A stretch of 64,000 nucleotides of DNA from Candidatus Latescibacterota bacterium (GCA_965208835.1 OZ242358.1:2272001-2336000), one strand, 5' to 3'. Shown: positions 19,009 through 28,140, counted from the first letter of the stretch. Translations and numbers: made by a program. Notes: a model not told the origin generated them from the letters alone.

Positions 19009-20178
19009 ATGGCCACGCGACTGAATATCGGTCTTCTGGGATATTCGTTCATGGGCAAGGCGCACACGAACGCGTTCCGCAAGGTACCGATGTTCTTTCC
19101 CGATACGGGCGTCGAACCGGTCATGAAGGTGATCTGCGGTTCAAACAGGGAAAACGTGGCGGCGGCCGCGCGTACGTTCGGATGGGAGGAGCACGATACG
19201 GACTGGGAGAACGTGGTCGCCCGCGACGATATCGACGTAATCGATATCTGCACCCCAGGGAATCTGCATATGCCGATGGCGATCGCCGCCCTCGAAGCCG
19301 GCAAGCATGTCATCTGCGAGAAGCCGCTCGCAAATAACCTGGACGAAGCCAGGGCCATGCTGCGGGCCGCGGAGAACGCCAACGCGAAGACCATGGTCGC
19401 TTACAACTACCGGCGCGTTCCGGCTGTCGCACTGGCCAGACAGCTGATAGAAGAGGGCCGGCTCGGACAGATCTATCACTGGCGGGCGGTGTATCTGCAG
19501 GACTGGATCATCGACCCGGATTTCCCGATGGTCTGGCGTTTCGAGAAGGACAAGGCGGGTTCCGGGCCGCATGGGGATTTGAATGCGCACATTATCGACC
19601 TGGCGCTGCATCTCGTAGGAGACATCCAGTCCGTCGTGGCCGCCGATACGACGTTTATCAAAGAACGTCCGCTGGCGGATTCGATCGACGCGTCTCTGGG
19701 GGCCACAGGCGGGAAATCGGACCGGATGGGAACGGTCACGGTGGACGACGCGACGCTGTTCCTGGCGCGATTCGGAAACGGCGCCCTGGGTTCGTTCGAA
19801 GCGACCCGGTTTGCGGCGGGCAGGCGCAACCACAACCGGTTCGAAATCAACGGAAGCAAGGGAAGTATCGCGTTCAATCTGGAAAAAATGAACGAACTGC
19901 AGTTCTATTCCCGCGAGGACGAAGGGCATATCCAGGGTTTCCGCGAGATTATTGTGAATGAAGGGGTACATCCGTACATATCGGCCTGGTGGCCGCCGGG
20001 CCATATCGTCGGGTGGGAGCATACGTTCGTGCACGAGGTAAAGGACTTTTTCGAGGCGATCGTCAACGACCGGGAGGCTTCACCGAATTTCAGGGAAGGC
20101 GCGCGGGTCCAGGCTGTACTGGAGGCGGCCAGCGAATCGGCGAAATCAGACCGGTGGCGGGATGTCCCGGAAGTATAA
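19009..20178 (+). CDS. Gfo/Idh/MocA family oxidoreductase (levoglucosan/glycoside 3-dehydrogenase-like)
   Basis: IGLLGYSFMGKAH, ICEKPLA, YLQDW, GDLNAHIIDL, WWPPGH. Confidence 0.92.
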   Translation: MATRLNIGLLGYSFMGKAHTNAFRKVPMFFPDTGVEPVMKVICGSNRENVAAAARTFGWEEHDTDWENVVARDDIDVIDICTPGNLHMPMAIAALEAGKHVICEKPLANNLDEARAMLRAAENANAKTMVAYNYRRVPAVALARQLIEEGRLGQIYHWRAVYLQDWIIDPDFPMVWRFEKDKAGSGPHGDLNAHIIDLALHLVGDIQSVVAADTTFIKERPLADSIDASLGATGGKSDRMGTVTVDDATLFLARFGNGALGSFEATRFAAGRRNHNRFEINGSKGSIAFNLEKMNELQFYSREDEGHIQGFREIIVNEGVHPYISAWWPPGHIVGWEHTFVHEVKDFFEAIVNDREASPNFREGARVQAVLEAASESAKSDRWRDVPEV

Positions 20179-20247
20179 AGCCCTGCATTCGCCTGCGTGC
20201 ATCGCATTAGACGCGGGAGCCGGGGGCAGCTGGAAGGAGCAACGGTT

Positions 20248-21246
20248 ATGGCGAGACCATGTACTTTGTTTACGGGTCAGTGGGCAGACCTCCCCCTCGA
20301 GGCGATGGCGGAGAAAGCCGCAGAGTTCGGATACGACGGTTTGGAGCTGGCATGCTGGGGAGACCATCTGGACGTCCGTGAAGCGGCCTCCAGCGACGGC
20401 TATTGCCGGAGCCGTCACGAGATCCTGGAAAAGCACGGGCTGAAGTTCTGGGCCATCAGCAATCACCTCGCGGGGCAGGCGATTTGCGACATTATCGACG
20501 AGCGCCACCAGTCGATACTGCCGCCGCACGTGTGGGGCGATGGCAATCCGGAAGGCGTGAAACGCCGCGCGGCCGAAGACATGATAACGTCGGCGGAGGC
20601 GGCAAGGGCGCTGGGCGTCAGCGTGGTGAACGGGTTTACGGGATCGTCCATCTGGCATCTGCTGTATTCGTTTCCGCCGGTGTCGCCGGATGCGATTGAC
20701 GCGGGTTTCAGGGACTTCGCGGATCGATGGAATCCCATTCTCGATGCGTTTGCGAAGAACGACGTCCGGTTCGCCCTGGAGGTGCATCCCACGGAAATCG
20801 CGTTCGATACCGCCTCGGCCGCACGGGCGGTAGCGGCGCTGGGTGGCAGGAGCGAGTTCGGATTCAATTACGATCCGAGCCACCTCGTTTATCAGAACGT
20901 CGACTACGTGGCGTTCATCCGGGAGTTCAAGGATCGCATCTACCACGTGCATATGAAAGACGCGTACCTGTCGCCGCTGCCCACGCGAGCGGGGATTTTC
21001 GGCGGTCACACCGAGTTTGGCGACCCCGATCGCTCCTGGGACTTCCGATCCCTGGGCCGTGGCAGCGTGGACTTCGAAGAGATCATTCGCGCGTTGAACG
21101 ACATTGGCTACGGCGGGCCCCTGTCGGTGGAGTGGGAAGATTCCGGTATGGACCGGGAACACGGGGCCGCCGAAGCGTGTGCCTTCGTAAACAGCGTAGA
21201 TTTCGAACCGTCGGCCGTGGCGTTCGACGCGGCGTTCGCGGAATAG
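20248..21246 (+). CDS. Sugar phosphate isomerase/epimerase (xylose isomerase-like TIM barrel)
   Basis: [42 protein letters not shown]. Confidence 0.92.
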   Translation: MARPCTLFTGQWADLPLEAMAEKAAEFGYDGLELACWGDHLDVREAASSDGYCRSRHEILEKHGLKFWAISNHLAGQAICDIIDERHQSILPPHVWGDGNPEGVKRRAAEDMITSAEAARALGVSVVNGFTGSSIWHLLYSFPPVSPDAIDAGFRDFADRWNPILDAFAKNDVRFALEVHPTEIAFDTASAARAVAALGGRSEFGFNYDPSHLVYQNVDYVAFIREFKDRIYHVHMKDAYLSPLPTRAGIFGGHTEFGDPDRSWDFRSLGRGSVDFEEIIRALNDIGYGGPLSVEWEDSGMDREHGAAEACAFVNSVDFEPSAVAFDAAFAE

Positions 21247-21271
21247 CAGACGGATGTTCGACTCACGCATA

Positions 21272-21294
21272 CCGTCCCGGAGATAGATTGCCGA
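21272..21294. repeat. Isolated end fragment of MITE family B
   Basis: CCGTCCCGGAGATAGATTGCCGA matches the left end of the copy at 7061. Confidence 0.5.
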
Positions 21295-21370
21295 ATGGCG
21301 ACTCGCTTTCGGGACGCGGGACTCGCGGTCAGCAGGGCGTGTCATCAGGCCTGCCGGCCGCTTTTTCTTA

Positions 21371-21532
21371 GAAGCTGTGTTGGAATTCCCGGTGCGTTCC
21401 CGAGCGCGAGCGAAAGCGTGTCGGTCCAGGCGGGCGAATTCGCCCGTATCTGTGGATAGGTGCGGATTCAACCAACACAGACCGACGCGTTTGCAGCCGC
21501 GCGAAGACCGCTGGGGATTTTCATACTGTTTC
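21371..21532. mobile_element. MITE family A, copy 2 (degenerate TIRs)
   Basis: GAAGCTGTGTTGGAATT ... GATTTTCATACTGTTTC; shares TTCCCGAGCGCGAGCGAAA and TTTGCAGCCGCGCGAAGACCGCTGGGG. Confidence 0.75.
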
Positions 21533-21547
21533 GGAGGGAGATCGTCA

Positions 21548-23110
21548 ATGTGGATGCGTTTTCTGCTTCTGTTCCTGGTGCCGGTACTCGTCGCCTGCGA
21601 GGCCGAACGCCCCAGGACCCTGGTGTTCGGCAGGGGCGGCGATACCGTGGGGCTGGATCCCGCGCTGGAGACCGATGGCGAATCATTCAAGGTCTGCGAC
21701 AATATATACGACAACCTTGTAACCTTCCAGGCGGAAAATACCGAGTTGGCGCCGGGTCTGGCGGAGTCCTGGACGGCATCGGACGACCTCAGAACGTGGA
21801 CGTTTAAACTCAGGCGGAACGTCGTGTTCCACGACGGCACTCCGTTCACCGCGGATGCGGTCGTGTTCTCGCTTGCCCGGCAGTTTAAGCCCGACCATCC
21901 CTTTCACCGCGTGGAGGGCGCGTTTCAGTATTGGAACAGTATGTCGATGAGCGAGATTGTCAGCGATGTGAAGAAAGTGGACGATCATACGGTTTCCATT
22001 GAGCTGACGCGTCCCAATGCGCCGTTTCTGTCGAATCTCGCGATGAATTTCTGCGGGATCGTGAGTCCCTCCGCCGTACGGAAACACGGCGCCGACTTTC
22101 CCCGGCACCCCGTTGGCACGGGTCCGTTTCGATTTGTGCAGTGGATAAAGGACGACCGCGTGGTGCTGGAGAGAAATCCCAGTTATTGGGGCGATGCGCC
22201 TCAGATCGACAGGCTGATCTTCAGAAGCATTCCGGAGAACTCCGTGCGTCTGATCGCGCTCATCCAGGGTTCGATAGACGGTATGGATCATCTGGTACCT
22301 GACTTTATCCCCAATATCAAAAAGCATCCGAGCCTTCGGCTTCTGACCCAGCCGGGAATGAATGTCGGGTACATGGCCATGAACATGGATCGCGCGCCGT
22401 TCCACCTTCTCAAGGTGCGAAGGGCGGTCAACCACGCCGTCAACAAACAGGCGCTGGTGGACAATCTGTATCAGGGTCTTGCGTTGCCGGCGGTCAACCC
22501 GATTCCACCGTCGATGTGGAGCTATCACGAAGGGATCGAAGGATACGGCTACGATCCGGATCGGGCCCGGGAGCTATTGGCCGAGGCCGGTTATGCGGAA
22601 GGATTCAAGACCACGCTGTGGGCCATGCCGGTGCCGCGTCCGTATATGCCTCAGCCCAGGAAGATCGCTCAGGCTATTCAGGCCGACCTGCAGGCCGTCG
22701 GAATCCAGGCCGAGATCGTGAGCTATGAATGGGGAACCTATCTGGACAAGGTTTCGAGAGGGCAGCACGATATGGCGCTCCTGGGCTGGACGGGCGACAA
22801 CGGCGACCCGGACAATTTCCTATACGTACTGCTCGATAAAAGCGCGACGCAGCAGCCCGCGAATAACATCGCGTTCTACCGCAGCGACGACCTGCACGAG
22901 GTGCTCGTGCGGGCGCAGCGGGAAGTGGACGCAGGCATTCGGACCGGGCTCTACCGGAAGGCGCAGGAGATCGTGTTCCAGGATGCGCCCTGGGTGCCGC
23001 TCGTGCACGCGGCGCAAACCGCCGCATTCAAGAAGACCGTGAGCGGCTTCACGCTTCATCCCACCGGAAGCAAGTGGTTCCAGAACGTGCGGATCGCCGA
23101 AACGGAGTGA
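21548..23110 (+). CDS. dppA: Dipeptide ABC transporter substrate-binding protein (SBP family 5)
   Basis: Lipoprotein-like signal (LVAC), FHDGTPFTADAVVFS, PVGTGPF, GWTGDNGDPDNF. Confidence 0.9.
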   Translation: MWMRFLLLFLVPVLVACEAERPRTLVFGRGGDTVGLDPALETDGESFKVCDNIYDNLVTFQAENTELAPGLAESWTASDDLRTWTFKLRRNVVFHDGTPFTADAVVFSLARQFKPDHPFHRVEGAFQYWNSMSMSEIVSDVKKVDDHTVSIELTRPNAPFLSNLAMNFCGIVSPSAVRKHGADFPRHPVGTGPFRFVQWIKDDRVVLERNPSYWGDAPQIDRLIFRSIPENSVRLIALIQGSIDGMDHLVPDFIPNIKKHPSLRLLTQPGMNVGYMAMNMDRAPFHLLKVRRAVNHAVNKQALVDNLYQGLALPAVNPIPPSMWSYHEGIEGYGYDPDRARELLAEAGYAEGFKTTLWAMPVPRPYMPQPRKIAQAIQADLQAVGIQAEIVSYEWGTYLDKVSRGQHDMALLGWTGDNGDPDNFLYVLLDKSATQQPANNIAFYRSDDLHEVLVRAQREVDAGIRTGLYRKAQEIVFQDAPWVPLVHAAQTAAFKKTVSGFTLHPTGSKWFQNVRIAETE

Positions 23111-23168
23111 ACGCGCCGGTACGTCCGCATGGCGACTCCGTTCCGGAACCTGCGAGGCAATACGCGTG

Positions 23169-24182
23169 ATGGGCGTCTACATCCTGAAACGTCTGTTTCT
23201 TCTCTTCCCCATGCTGCTGGGAATCGTCGTCCTGGTTTTCCTGATGATTCATTTCGTGCCGGGCGATCCGGCGCAGGTGATGCTGGGCGAGCGGGCCAGC
23301 GCGGAGCAGGTGGCTGAGTTGCGCAGGCAACTGGGGCTGGATCAGGAGTTGCACGTTCAGCTCGGACTGTACCTGTGGGGACTTGTGCAGGGCGATCTGG
23401 GCCGTTCCTTCAAGTCCCACGCGAAGGTGTCGTCCGAGTTGCTGGCCAGGTTTCCCGCGACGCTTGAACTCACGTTGATCAGCATGTTGCTGGCCTGCGG
23501 GGTCGGGATCATTGCGGGCGTGGTATCGGCATCCCGCAAGGGAACGGTCATGGATTATCTTGGCATGACGGTTTCCCTCGCGGGACTGTCGATGCCGATC
23601 TTCTGGCTGGGCCTGATGGTCATTCTGGTGATGTCGGTCTTTCTTGGGCTATTCCCCGTGTCGGGGCGGCTCAGCACCCATCTCTTCATTCCCAGGGTGA
23701 CCGGACTCTATCTGATTGACAGTCTGCTGGCCGGGGACTTGAGGGCCTTTGTCGACGCCGTCTGGCATCTCGCGCTGCCCGGTCTTACGCTGGCCACGGT
23801 GCCGATGGCGGTGATCGCGCGGATGACGCGCTCCAGCCTCCTCGATGTACTCAAGGAAGATTACGTACGAACGGCGTGGGCGAAGGGACTTTCGGAACGG
23901 ATCGTCATCTTCCGGCACGCCCTGAAGAATGCGTTTATTCCAGTTTTGACAGTAATAAGCCTGCAGTTCGGGTTTCTGCTCGGAGGCGCCGTCATTACGG
24001 AGACGATCTTCGCCTGGCCCGGGGTGGGGCGGTGGCTGCTGCTGGCGGTCTATTCGAGGGACTTCAGGGCCGTTCAGGGCGGGGTGCTGCTGGTTGCGCT
24101 GATGTTTGCGCTGATCAATCTCATCGCGGACGTGATGTACGCGTGGCTGGATCCGCGCATCAGACACCGGGAAAATGCATGA
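23169..24182 (+). CDS. dppB: Peptide ABC transporter permease
   Basis: PGDPA, ARFPATLEL, EDYVRTAWAKGL, ITETIFAWPGVG. Confidence 0.92.
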   Translation: MGVYILKRLFLLFPMLLGIVVLVFLMIHFVPGDPAQVMLGERASAEQVAELRRQLGLDQELHVQLGLYLWGLVQGDLGRSFKSHAKVSSELLARFPATLELTLISMLLACGVGIIAGVVSASRKGTVMDYLGMTVSLAGLSMPIFWLGLMVILVMSVFLGLFPVSGRLSTHLFIPRVTGLYLIDSLLAGDLRAFVDAVWHLALPGLTLATVPMAVIARMTRSSLLDVLKEDYVRTAWAKGLSERIVIFRHALKNAFIPVLTVISLQFGFLLGGAVITETIFAWPGVGRWLLLAVYSRDFRAVQGGVLLVALMFALINLIADVMYAWLDPRIRHRENA

Positions 24183-25081
24183 ACCGGTCATTCCATCCGG
24201 ACGGAGGAACGGGTGTTGGAGCCGCCGGATCACAGGTCCTGGCGGGCGCCGGCTGGGGCGGTCTGTTCTGGAAGCGGCTCCTGAAGAACCGGCTGGCGGC
24301 TGCGGGCGGCGTCCTGCTGCTGGGATTCCTGCTGCTCGCCATCGCGGCGCCCCTGGCAGCGCCGCAGGATCCCTTTGCTCAGAATCTGTACGAACGCCTC
24401 CAGCCGCCTTCGCTGGCGAATCCGTTCGGTACGGATGACTTCGGAAGAGATGTCCTGAGTCGCGTCATTCACGGCGCGCGGATTTCGCTGCGGGTGGGGG
24501 TTACCGCCGTGCTGATCGCGCTGGTCCTGGGCGTTCCGATCGGACTCGTCTCGGGGTACTGGGGCGGCGCGATGGATCAGGTGTTGATGCGGGCGATGGA
24601 CCTGATGCTCGCATTTCCCAGCATCCTCCTGGCCATCGCCATTGTTGCGATCCTGGGACCGGGATTGGAGAATGCGATGCTGGCGGTGGGAGTCGTCGCG
24701 GTGCCCCAGTACGCCCGACTGGTGCGGGCATCGGCGCTGTCCGTGCGTGGACAGGACTACGTTCACGCAATGCGTGCGCTTGGCGCGGGAGATTTCCATA
24801 TCCTGTTCTTTTCAGTTCTCCCGAACTGCCTGACGCCCCTGATCGTGCAGTCCACGCTGGGTCTGGCGACCGCCATTCTCGATGCTGCGGGCCTGAGCTT
24901 CCTTGGACTGGGCGCGCAGCCGCCCTTGCCGGAGTGGGGCGCCATGCTCACCGGCGGGCGGGAACTTGTTCTGCGGGCGCCGTGGGTATTGACGTTTCCG
25001 GGCGTGGCGATCTTCCTGACTGTATTGGCATTCAATCTGCTTGGAGATGGATTGCGCGACGCCCTGGATCCCAGGACCTGA
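24179..25081 (+). CDS. dppC: Peptide ABC transporter permease
   Basis: FGTDDFGRDVLSRVIHGARISL, LSFLGLGAQPP, NLLGDGLRDALDPR; ATGA overlap with dppB. Confidence 0.92.
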   Translation: MNRSFHPDGGTGVGAAGSQVLAGAGWGGLFWKRLLKNRLAAAGGVLLLGFLLLAIAAPLAAPQDPFAQNLYERLQPPSLANPFGTDDFGRDVLSRVIHGARISLRVGVTAVLIALVLGVPIGLVSGYWGGAMDQVLMRAMDLMLAFPSILLAIAIVAILGPGLENAMLAVGVVAVPQYARLVRASALSVRGQDYVHAMRALGAGDFHILFFSVLPNCLTPLIVQSTLGLATAILDAAGLSFLGLGAQPPLPEWGAMLTGGRELVLRAPWVLTFPGVAIFLTVLAFNLLGDGLRDALDPRT

Positions 25082-25099
25082 CGTGGCTGGAGAAAGCCT

Positions 25100-25128
25100 T
25101 TGACTTCCGCATTCCTGTAGCGTATATT
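25100..25128 (+). promoter_or_regulatory. Sigma70-type promoter of a small standalone transcript
   Basis: TTGACT(25100-25105)-17 bp-TATATT(25123-25128). Confidence 0.7.
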
Positions 25129-25155
25129 CGGCTTACACGGAAAGGAGGTGGTCAA

Positions 25156-25191
25156 ATGAGCGAAACGACCAGTGGAGGTGGCTGTAGTTAG
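25156..25191 (+). CDS. Putative 11-aa micro-peptide MSETTSGGGCS
   Basis: AAAGGAGGTG SD, 5-nt spacer, ATG ... TAG. Confidence 0.4.
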   Translation: MSETTSGGGCS

Positions 25192-25333
25192 GTGCGCTGC
25201 CGGGTGCGGGAGAACATCTCGTCTGGTAACGCGCCTGGCGAATCTAAGCAGCCATCGAAAGACAGGCGATCCGTCGTCCCGACGGGCCCCGGCGATTGCA
25301 GGGGCGCCGTGAGATGGAAGCCGTCTCAAAAGT

Positions 25334-25390
25334 TGCGCCGTGAGGAGATGTGGCCGGAGTACCGGCTCCCGAATCGCGGCGCATTTTTTT
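25334..25390 (+). terminator. Rho-independent terminator
   Basis: TGCGCCGTGA / TCGCGGCGCA stem enclosing a GCCGG-AGTA-CCGGC hairpin, followed by T7. Confidence 0.7.
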
Positions 25391-25409
25391 GTAAGGTAAG
25401 GGTTTGTGC

Positions 25410-25438
25410 TTGACAAAATCACGCTGGCTTTATATTTT
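25410..25438 (+). promoter_or_regulatory. Promoter of the rplM-rpsI operon
   Basis: TTGACA-17 bp-TATTTT. Confidence 0.6.
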
Positions 25439-25519
25439 TTGAGGCTTGACATTGCGTGGAATTGTCATGGAGAGGGGGTGAGTTCGAATTCGGCGTCAAT
25501 GTGGACGCCGTTCGGATTT

Positions 25520-25954
25520 ATGAATACGCCAAGCGCTAAAAAATCTGACGTCGAACGCAAGTGGTTTCTCGCTGATGCCGAGGGTAAGGTGCTGGGTCGT
25601 TTTGCGAGCGAGGTTGCCCGGATCCTGATGGGCAAACACAAACCGTATTATACGTCCCACGTGGATACCGGCGATCATGTCATCGTGGTCAACTCCGACA
25701 AGCTTATGGTCAAAGGCGCCAACAAACCCGATCAGAAGGTCTATACACGCTTCAGCGGATATCCTGGCGGCCTGAAGACCAAAACCCTGAAGCGAGCGCT
25801 CGAAACACAGCCTGAGTTTGTGCTGGAACATGCGATACGGGGAATGTTGCCACGCACGAAACTTGGGCGCAGAATGATGAAGAAGGTCCGAATTTACGCT
25901 GGATCCGATCATCCGCATGGGAGTCAGGTGCCTGAAGCGATCGACCTTGCCTGA
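25520..25954 (+). CDS. rplM: 50S ribosomal protein L13
   Basis: WFLADAEGKVLGR, GKHKPYYTSHVDTGDHVIVVN, SGYPGGLK, GMLP. Confidence 0.98.
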   Translation: MNTPSAKKSDVERKWFLADAEGKVLGRFASEVARILMGKHKPYYTSHVDTGDHVIVVNSDKLMVKGANKPDQKVYTRFSGYPGGLKTKTLKRALETQPEFVLEHAIRGMLPRTKLGRRMMKKVRIYAGSDHPHGSQVPEAIDLA

Positions 25955-25998
25955 ATTCCGCCGTATCAAAGCGTCGTTGAACGAGAGGAGGTAGGGTC

Positions 25999-26391
25999 TT
26001 GGCAGAGATCCTTGCTTCTGCCAGAGGCCGGCGCAAGTCGGCAACGGCAAACGTAAAGCTTTTTCCCGGATCCGGAGAAGTAACCATCAACGGCAGGCCG
26101 ATTCTGGATTATCTGAAGCGCGAGACGCTGGTGATGATCGTCGAGCAGCCGCTGGCGGTTACGGAAACGACCGGACAATTCAACATCGTCGCCAGCACCA
26201 AGGGCGGCGGTCTCAGCGGTCAGGCAGGGGCCGTTCGACTGGGTATCGCCCGCGGCCTGCTCGCCCTGAACGAAGACCTCAAGACGCCGCTGCGCGAGGC
26301 CGGGCTTTTAACCCGCGATGCGCGAGAGGTGGAGCGAAAGAAGCCGGGTCGCCCCGGGGCGCGCAAACGGTTCCAGTTTTCCAAACGTTAA
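25999..26391 (+). CDS. rpsI: 30S ribosomal protein S9
   Basis: GRRKSA, GGGLSGQAGAVRLGIARGL, VERKKPG..GARKRFQFSKR; GAGGAGG RBS with TTG start. Confidence 0.98.
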   Translation: MAEILASARGRRKSATANVKLFPGSGEVTINGRPILDYLKRETLVMIVEQPLAVTETTGQFNIVASTKGGGLSGQAGAVRLGIARGLLALNEDLKTPLREAGLLTRDAREVERKKPGRPGARKRFQFSKR

Positions 26392-26441
26392 CCGGTTGTT
26401 GTTTTGTTTTTGGCGTGTTGCGCACGTGGCGACGCGCCTAT

Positions 26442-26520
26442 TTCACATGTGTCCCGACCTCAGGCCGGGTGTCGGTATCCGACTGGTCTGTGGAATGACG
26501 GTCACAGAGGATCAACCAGA
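26442..26520 (+). promoter_or_regulatory. t44/S2-leader-like structured RNA upstream of rpsB
   Basis: CACA..GT..CGAC...GCCGGGTG, hairpin GTCGG-TAT-CCGAC, ending GAGGATCAACC; position and motifs resemble the rpsB leader. Confidence 0.55.
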
Positions 26521-26527
26521 GGTATAT

Positions 26528-26611
26528 GAAGCTGTATTGAAATTACTGGTGAGTTGCCGACCGGCGCCTTTGCAGCCGCGCGAAGACCGCTGGGGATTTT
26601 AAGACAGCTTC
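26528..26611. mobile_element. MITE family A, copy 3 (internally deleted, 84 bp)
   Basis: GAAGCTGTATTGAAATT ... GATTTTAAGACAGCTTC with the shared TTTGCAGCCGCGCGAAGACCGCTGGGG core. Confidence 0.82.
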
Positions 26612-26624
26612 TCAGGAGGATTGT

Positions 26625-27389
26625 ATGGCTGTTGTTGAAATGAAGGCCTTGCTGGAGGCCGGAGTCCACTTCGGGCACCAGACCCGCCGTTGGAACCCGA
26701 AGATGAGCAAGTTCATCTTTATCGAACGCAACGGCATCTACATCATCGATCTTCAGAAGACGCTGCGGCAGATTGAGGAAGCCTACCGCGTAATCAGCGA
26801 GGCCGTGGAACAGGGCGAATCGGTACTATTTGTGGGAACCAAAAAGCAGGCGAAAGACGTCATTCTTCAAGAAGCGAAGCGCTGCGAGATGTTTCACGTA
26901 ACCGAACGTTGGCTTGGGGGCATGCTCACGAATTACCAGACGATTCGCCAGAGCATTCGGCGCCTCGAAACCCTCGACAAGATGGGCGCGGACGGGACCT
27001 ACGAGAAGTTGACGAAAAAAGAGGTATTGCGGCTGGAGCGCGAGCGTGAGAAACTGGAGAGGTCCCTGAGCGGTATCCGGGATATGGGCCGTCTGCCCGG
27101 GCTGGTATTCGTAGTAGACATAAAGAAGGAAAAGATCGCCGTTCACGAAGCGAGGCGTCTCAATATACCGGTTGTGGCCATTGTCGACACCAATTGCAAT
27201 CCGGACGACGTCGACTATCCGATTCCCGGTAACGACGACGCGATCCGGTCCATCGGACTCATTACCCGCCTGGTCGCCGATGGGGTGCTGCACGGGCAGA
27301 AGATTGGGCGGGAAGGACCCGACCGGACGGAAGAGGAACCCCAGATGCTTGGCCCGGAAATTACTGAGATAACCGAAGTCAATGAATGA
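26625..27389 (+). CDS. rpsB: 30S ribosomal protein S2
   Basis: [38 protein letters not shown]. Confidence 0.99.
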   Translation: MAVVEMKALLEAGVHFGHQTRRWNPKMSKFIFIERNGIYIIDLQKTLRQIEEAYRVISEAVEQGESVLFVGTKKQAKDVILQEAKRCEMFHVTERWLGGMLTNYQTIRQSIRRLETLDKMGADGTYEKLTKKEVLRLEREREKLERSLSGIRDMGRLPGLVFVVDIKKEKIAVHEARRLNIPVVAIVDTNCNPDDVDYPIPGNDDAIRSIGLITRLVADGVLHGQKIGREGPDRTEEEPQMLGPEITEITEVNE

Positions 27390-27435
27390 CGATCAGGCTT
27401 GGAACTGAGAGGCGCTACGTCCGCGGGGAGAACAG

Positions 27436-28035
27436 ATGGCAATTTCTGCGAAGATGGTTCAGGAACTACGGTCAAAGACCAACGTGGGGATGATGGATTG
27501 CAAGAAGGCCCTCGTCGAGAGTGGCGGGGACATGGAGAAAGCTATTGAGCTTCTGCGGACGCGCGGCGTCGCCAAGGCGGAAGACCGTGCGCACAAGACG
27601 GCGAAAGAGGGGTTGATTACATCTTACATTCACACCGGCAGCAAGCTCGGTGTGATGCTGGAAGTCAACAGCGAGACTGATTTCGTCGCCCGTACGGATC
27701 AGTTCCAGACGTTTGCCAGGGACCTCGCAATGCACATCGCCGCCAGCGCGCCGATCGCCGTGAGCCGGGATCAACTGGATGAAGCGGGTATAGAGCGGGA
27801 ACGCAGGATCTTCAGGCAGCAGGCGCTGGATGAGGGCAAACCCGAGCGGGTTCTCGATCGGATCGTGGACGGACGTCTAGAGAAGTATTATCAGGATGTA
27901 TGCCTGATGGAACAGCCCTTTGTTAAGGATCCGGACAAGACCGTCAGAGACCTGTTGATGGATCTGATCGCACAGTGCGGTGAGAATGTGACCGTCAGAA
28001 GGTTCGAGCGGTTTGTCTTGGGAGAGGAGAGCTGA
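27436..28035 (+). CDS. tsf: Elongation factor Ts (short 199-aa form)
   Basis: VQELRSKTNVGMMDCKKAL, EVNSETDFVAR, LMEQPFVKD. Confidence 0.98.
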   Translation: MAISAKMVQELRSKTNVGMMDCKKALVESGGDMEKAIELLRTRGVAKAEDRAHKTAKEGLITSYIHTGSKLGVMLEVNSETDFVARTDQFQTFARDLAMHIAASAPIAVSRDQLDEAGIERERRIFRQQALDEGKPERVLDRIVDGRLEKYYQDVCLMEQPFVKDPDKTVRDLLMDLIAQCGENVTVRRFERFVLGEES

Positions 28036-28140
28036 GTGCGTCAAATGCCGGCGCGATAAACCAGACCGGCCAGCCACGGGGCTCAGGTTCGGAATCTCCC
28101 TATCAGACGACTTCCGTTTATTTGTTAAGGGACGAAGCAG

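Larger units (their letters stand above)
25135..25390 (+). ncRNA. Candidate structured small RNA (~255 nt) with extended Shine-Dalgarno and micro-ORF
   Basis: Lies between its own promoter and terminator; long G-U-rich hairpin 25177-25256 plus hairpins at 25271-25285, 25286-25305 and 25311-25327. Confidence 0.55.

Noticed and set aside
21548-25081. dppABC lacking ATPase genes as a novel transporter
   Set aside because: Peptide ABC ATPases are frequently encoded elsewhere; this is not unusual.
25135-25390. tmRNA, SRP RNA, 6S RNA or a 16S rRNA fragment as the identity of the small transcript
   Set aside because: No tRNA-like ends or Ala-ending tag; no SRP helix-8 GNRA motif; multi-hairpin rather than a single 6S rod; complementarity to 16S is limited to the anti-SD. 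A cmscan is still needed.
26526-26624. Selenocysteine or readthrough N-terminal extension of S2 from ATG26526
   Set aside because: Two in-frame TGAs lie within MITE sequence, and rpsB has its own SD and canonical start.
27436-28035. Short EF-Ts as a truncation or pseudogene
   Set aside because: The ~200-aa form is an established EF-Ts type (e.g. Thermus), and both termini look intact.
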